DNA of 59,339 nucleotides, the filler included, from Bipalium vagum (taxonomy: Eukaryota), in the NCBI GenBank assembly GCA_037834085.1. It is 3 parts of 3 records of this genome, joined end to end, with 100 filler letters (N's around TTAATTAATTAA, not from the genome) between each part and the next. Parts side by side here need not be neighbours in the genome. Positions count along the whole stretch, not along the records: positions 38,151 to 59,339 come from JBBMKC010240744.1; 2 more parts are not named here. One strand, written 5' to 3'. Every line of letters begins with the position of its first letter. Position 1 is the first letter of the stretch. Both the position numbers and the translations under genes were made by a program. The notes beneath the pieces are model-generated. The model did no database searches, was not told the origin of the DNA, and worked only from the letters and a program-made list of their open reading frames with translations. Of this stretch, positions 58,513-59,339 are shown in pieces.

Positions 58513-58669
58513 GGGTCAAGTTAAAAATCTGCCAAAATTAGAAAATTATATAATTCGAACTTTCACAGTTGACTGCCGGGTCAATTTACTTTTGGGTCAA
58601 GTTAAAAATCTGCCAAAATTTGAAAATTATATAATTCGAACTTTCACAGTTGACTGCCGGGTCAATTTA
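58513..58669. repeat. Near-perfect 81-bp-period tandem duplication
   Basis: GGGTCAAGTTAAAAATCTGCC...GACTGCCGGGTCAATTTA at 58513 and 58594, with one substitution. Confidence 0.9.
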
Positions 58670-59267
58670 ATTTTCAGTTGAAACTAACCACGTGTCTATT
58701 TGCTAGATATCAACATGTCATGGTTATTGTTAGAAAGTTGAAATAATTTTTTATGAGACGCAGAATCATATATTTATAACGCTATAAAAATAGGGATGAA
58801 CGGGACTGGTCCATGGCCGTTCACTATGTCAAACCGTCGACGATCACAGATCGTCCCTGGCAGCCAAAGTGTTAGCGAAAAGTAGTCTTGTCAATATTAA
58901 ATATATAATTGATTAAGACTAATAGACGTTTTAATTAAATCGTAAAAGTTTTTTAAAAAAATATTAATTAAATCAAAAATTTTTTTCTATATATTCTTTT
59001 ATTTGTTCCTTATTACAATTTTTTGACAACTTTTTAAAATCACGATAACAGATAAATCATCAAATATATTAATTACTCTAATTCCGGTTTTAATTAAAAC
59101 ACTTGAAATAATTTTATTGAACAATTACTTTCTCAATTATTACAATGAAATTATTAATTTTTTATCAGTAACCTATGAACTTTGAAGAAATTCACAGAAT
59201 TAAAATTCGCAAATAAGACTCAATATATATTATAGCAAATATATTAATTTCAAGCTTATCTCTAATA

Positions 59268-59269
<2 letters not shown>

Positions 59270-59339
<70 letters not shown>
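59270..59339. repeat. (TTA)n microsatellite
   Basis: Perfect run to the window end. Similar runs at 31611-31650 and 32402-32450. Confidence 0.95.

Noticed and set aside
58513-58669. CRISPR-like repeat array (also considered for 46366-46545)
   Set aside because: Eukaryotic context, only two units, no unique spacers of regular length, no cas genes.

Overview
AT-rich (roughly 25-30% GC by eye) eukaryotic animal DNA with many 44-60 nt introns and (AAT)n microsatellites; a triclad flatworm (planarian) origin is my inference and is not proven. The window is three contigs (1-19704, 19805-38050, 38151-59339) joined by artificial 100-bp N44-TTAATTAATTAA-N44 linkers, so synteny across the gaps should not be trusted. 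Host genes, all on the minus strand: a complete 16-exon clathrin heavy chain (17566->6860); the 5' part of a GCK-I/MAP4K3/5-type Ste20 kinase (24829->20831); the 3' part of a MAP1/Futsch-like microtubule-associated protein with a huge acidic repeat exon (38050->32204); an intronless rhodopsin-class peptide GPCR (39617->38610); and most of a DAB2IP/SynGAP/RASAL2-type C2-RasGAP (57198->43990). The rest is a dense field of decayed mobile DNA: an REL-type non-LTR element, three hAT lineages, many mariners, a Tc3-like IR/DR element, pogo/Tigger, Merlin, a tRNA-derived SINE head, a foldback MITE and a family of ~0.9-kb solo LTRs. Best leads: a conserved, co-varying RNA structure inside the solo-LTR family; a GC-rich island with HDV-like ribozyme topology (58792-58886); a virus/Polinton-like fibre motif (1609-1695); a possible intron-readthrough clathrin isoform lacking the QLMLT Hsc70 motif; and a MAP1 gene whose conserved C-terminal domain appears cut short. 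None of these is established from sequence alone.
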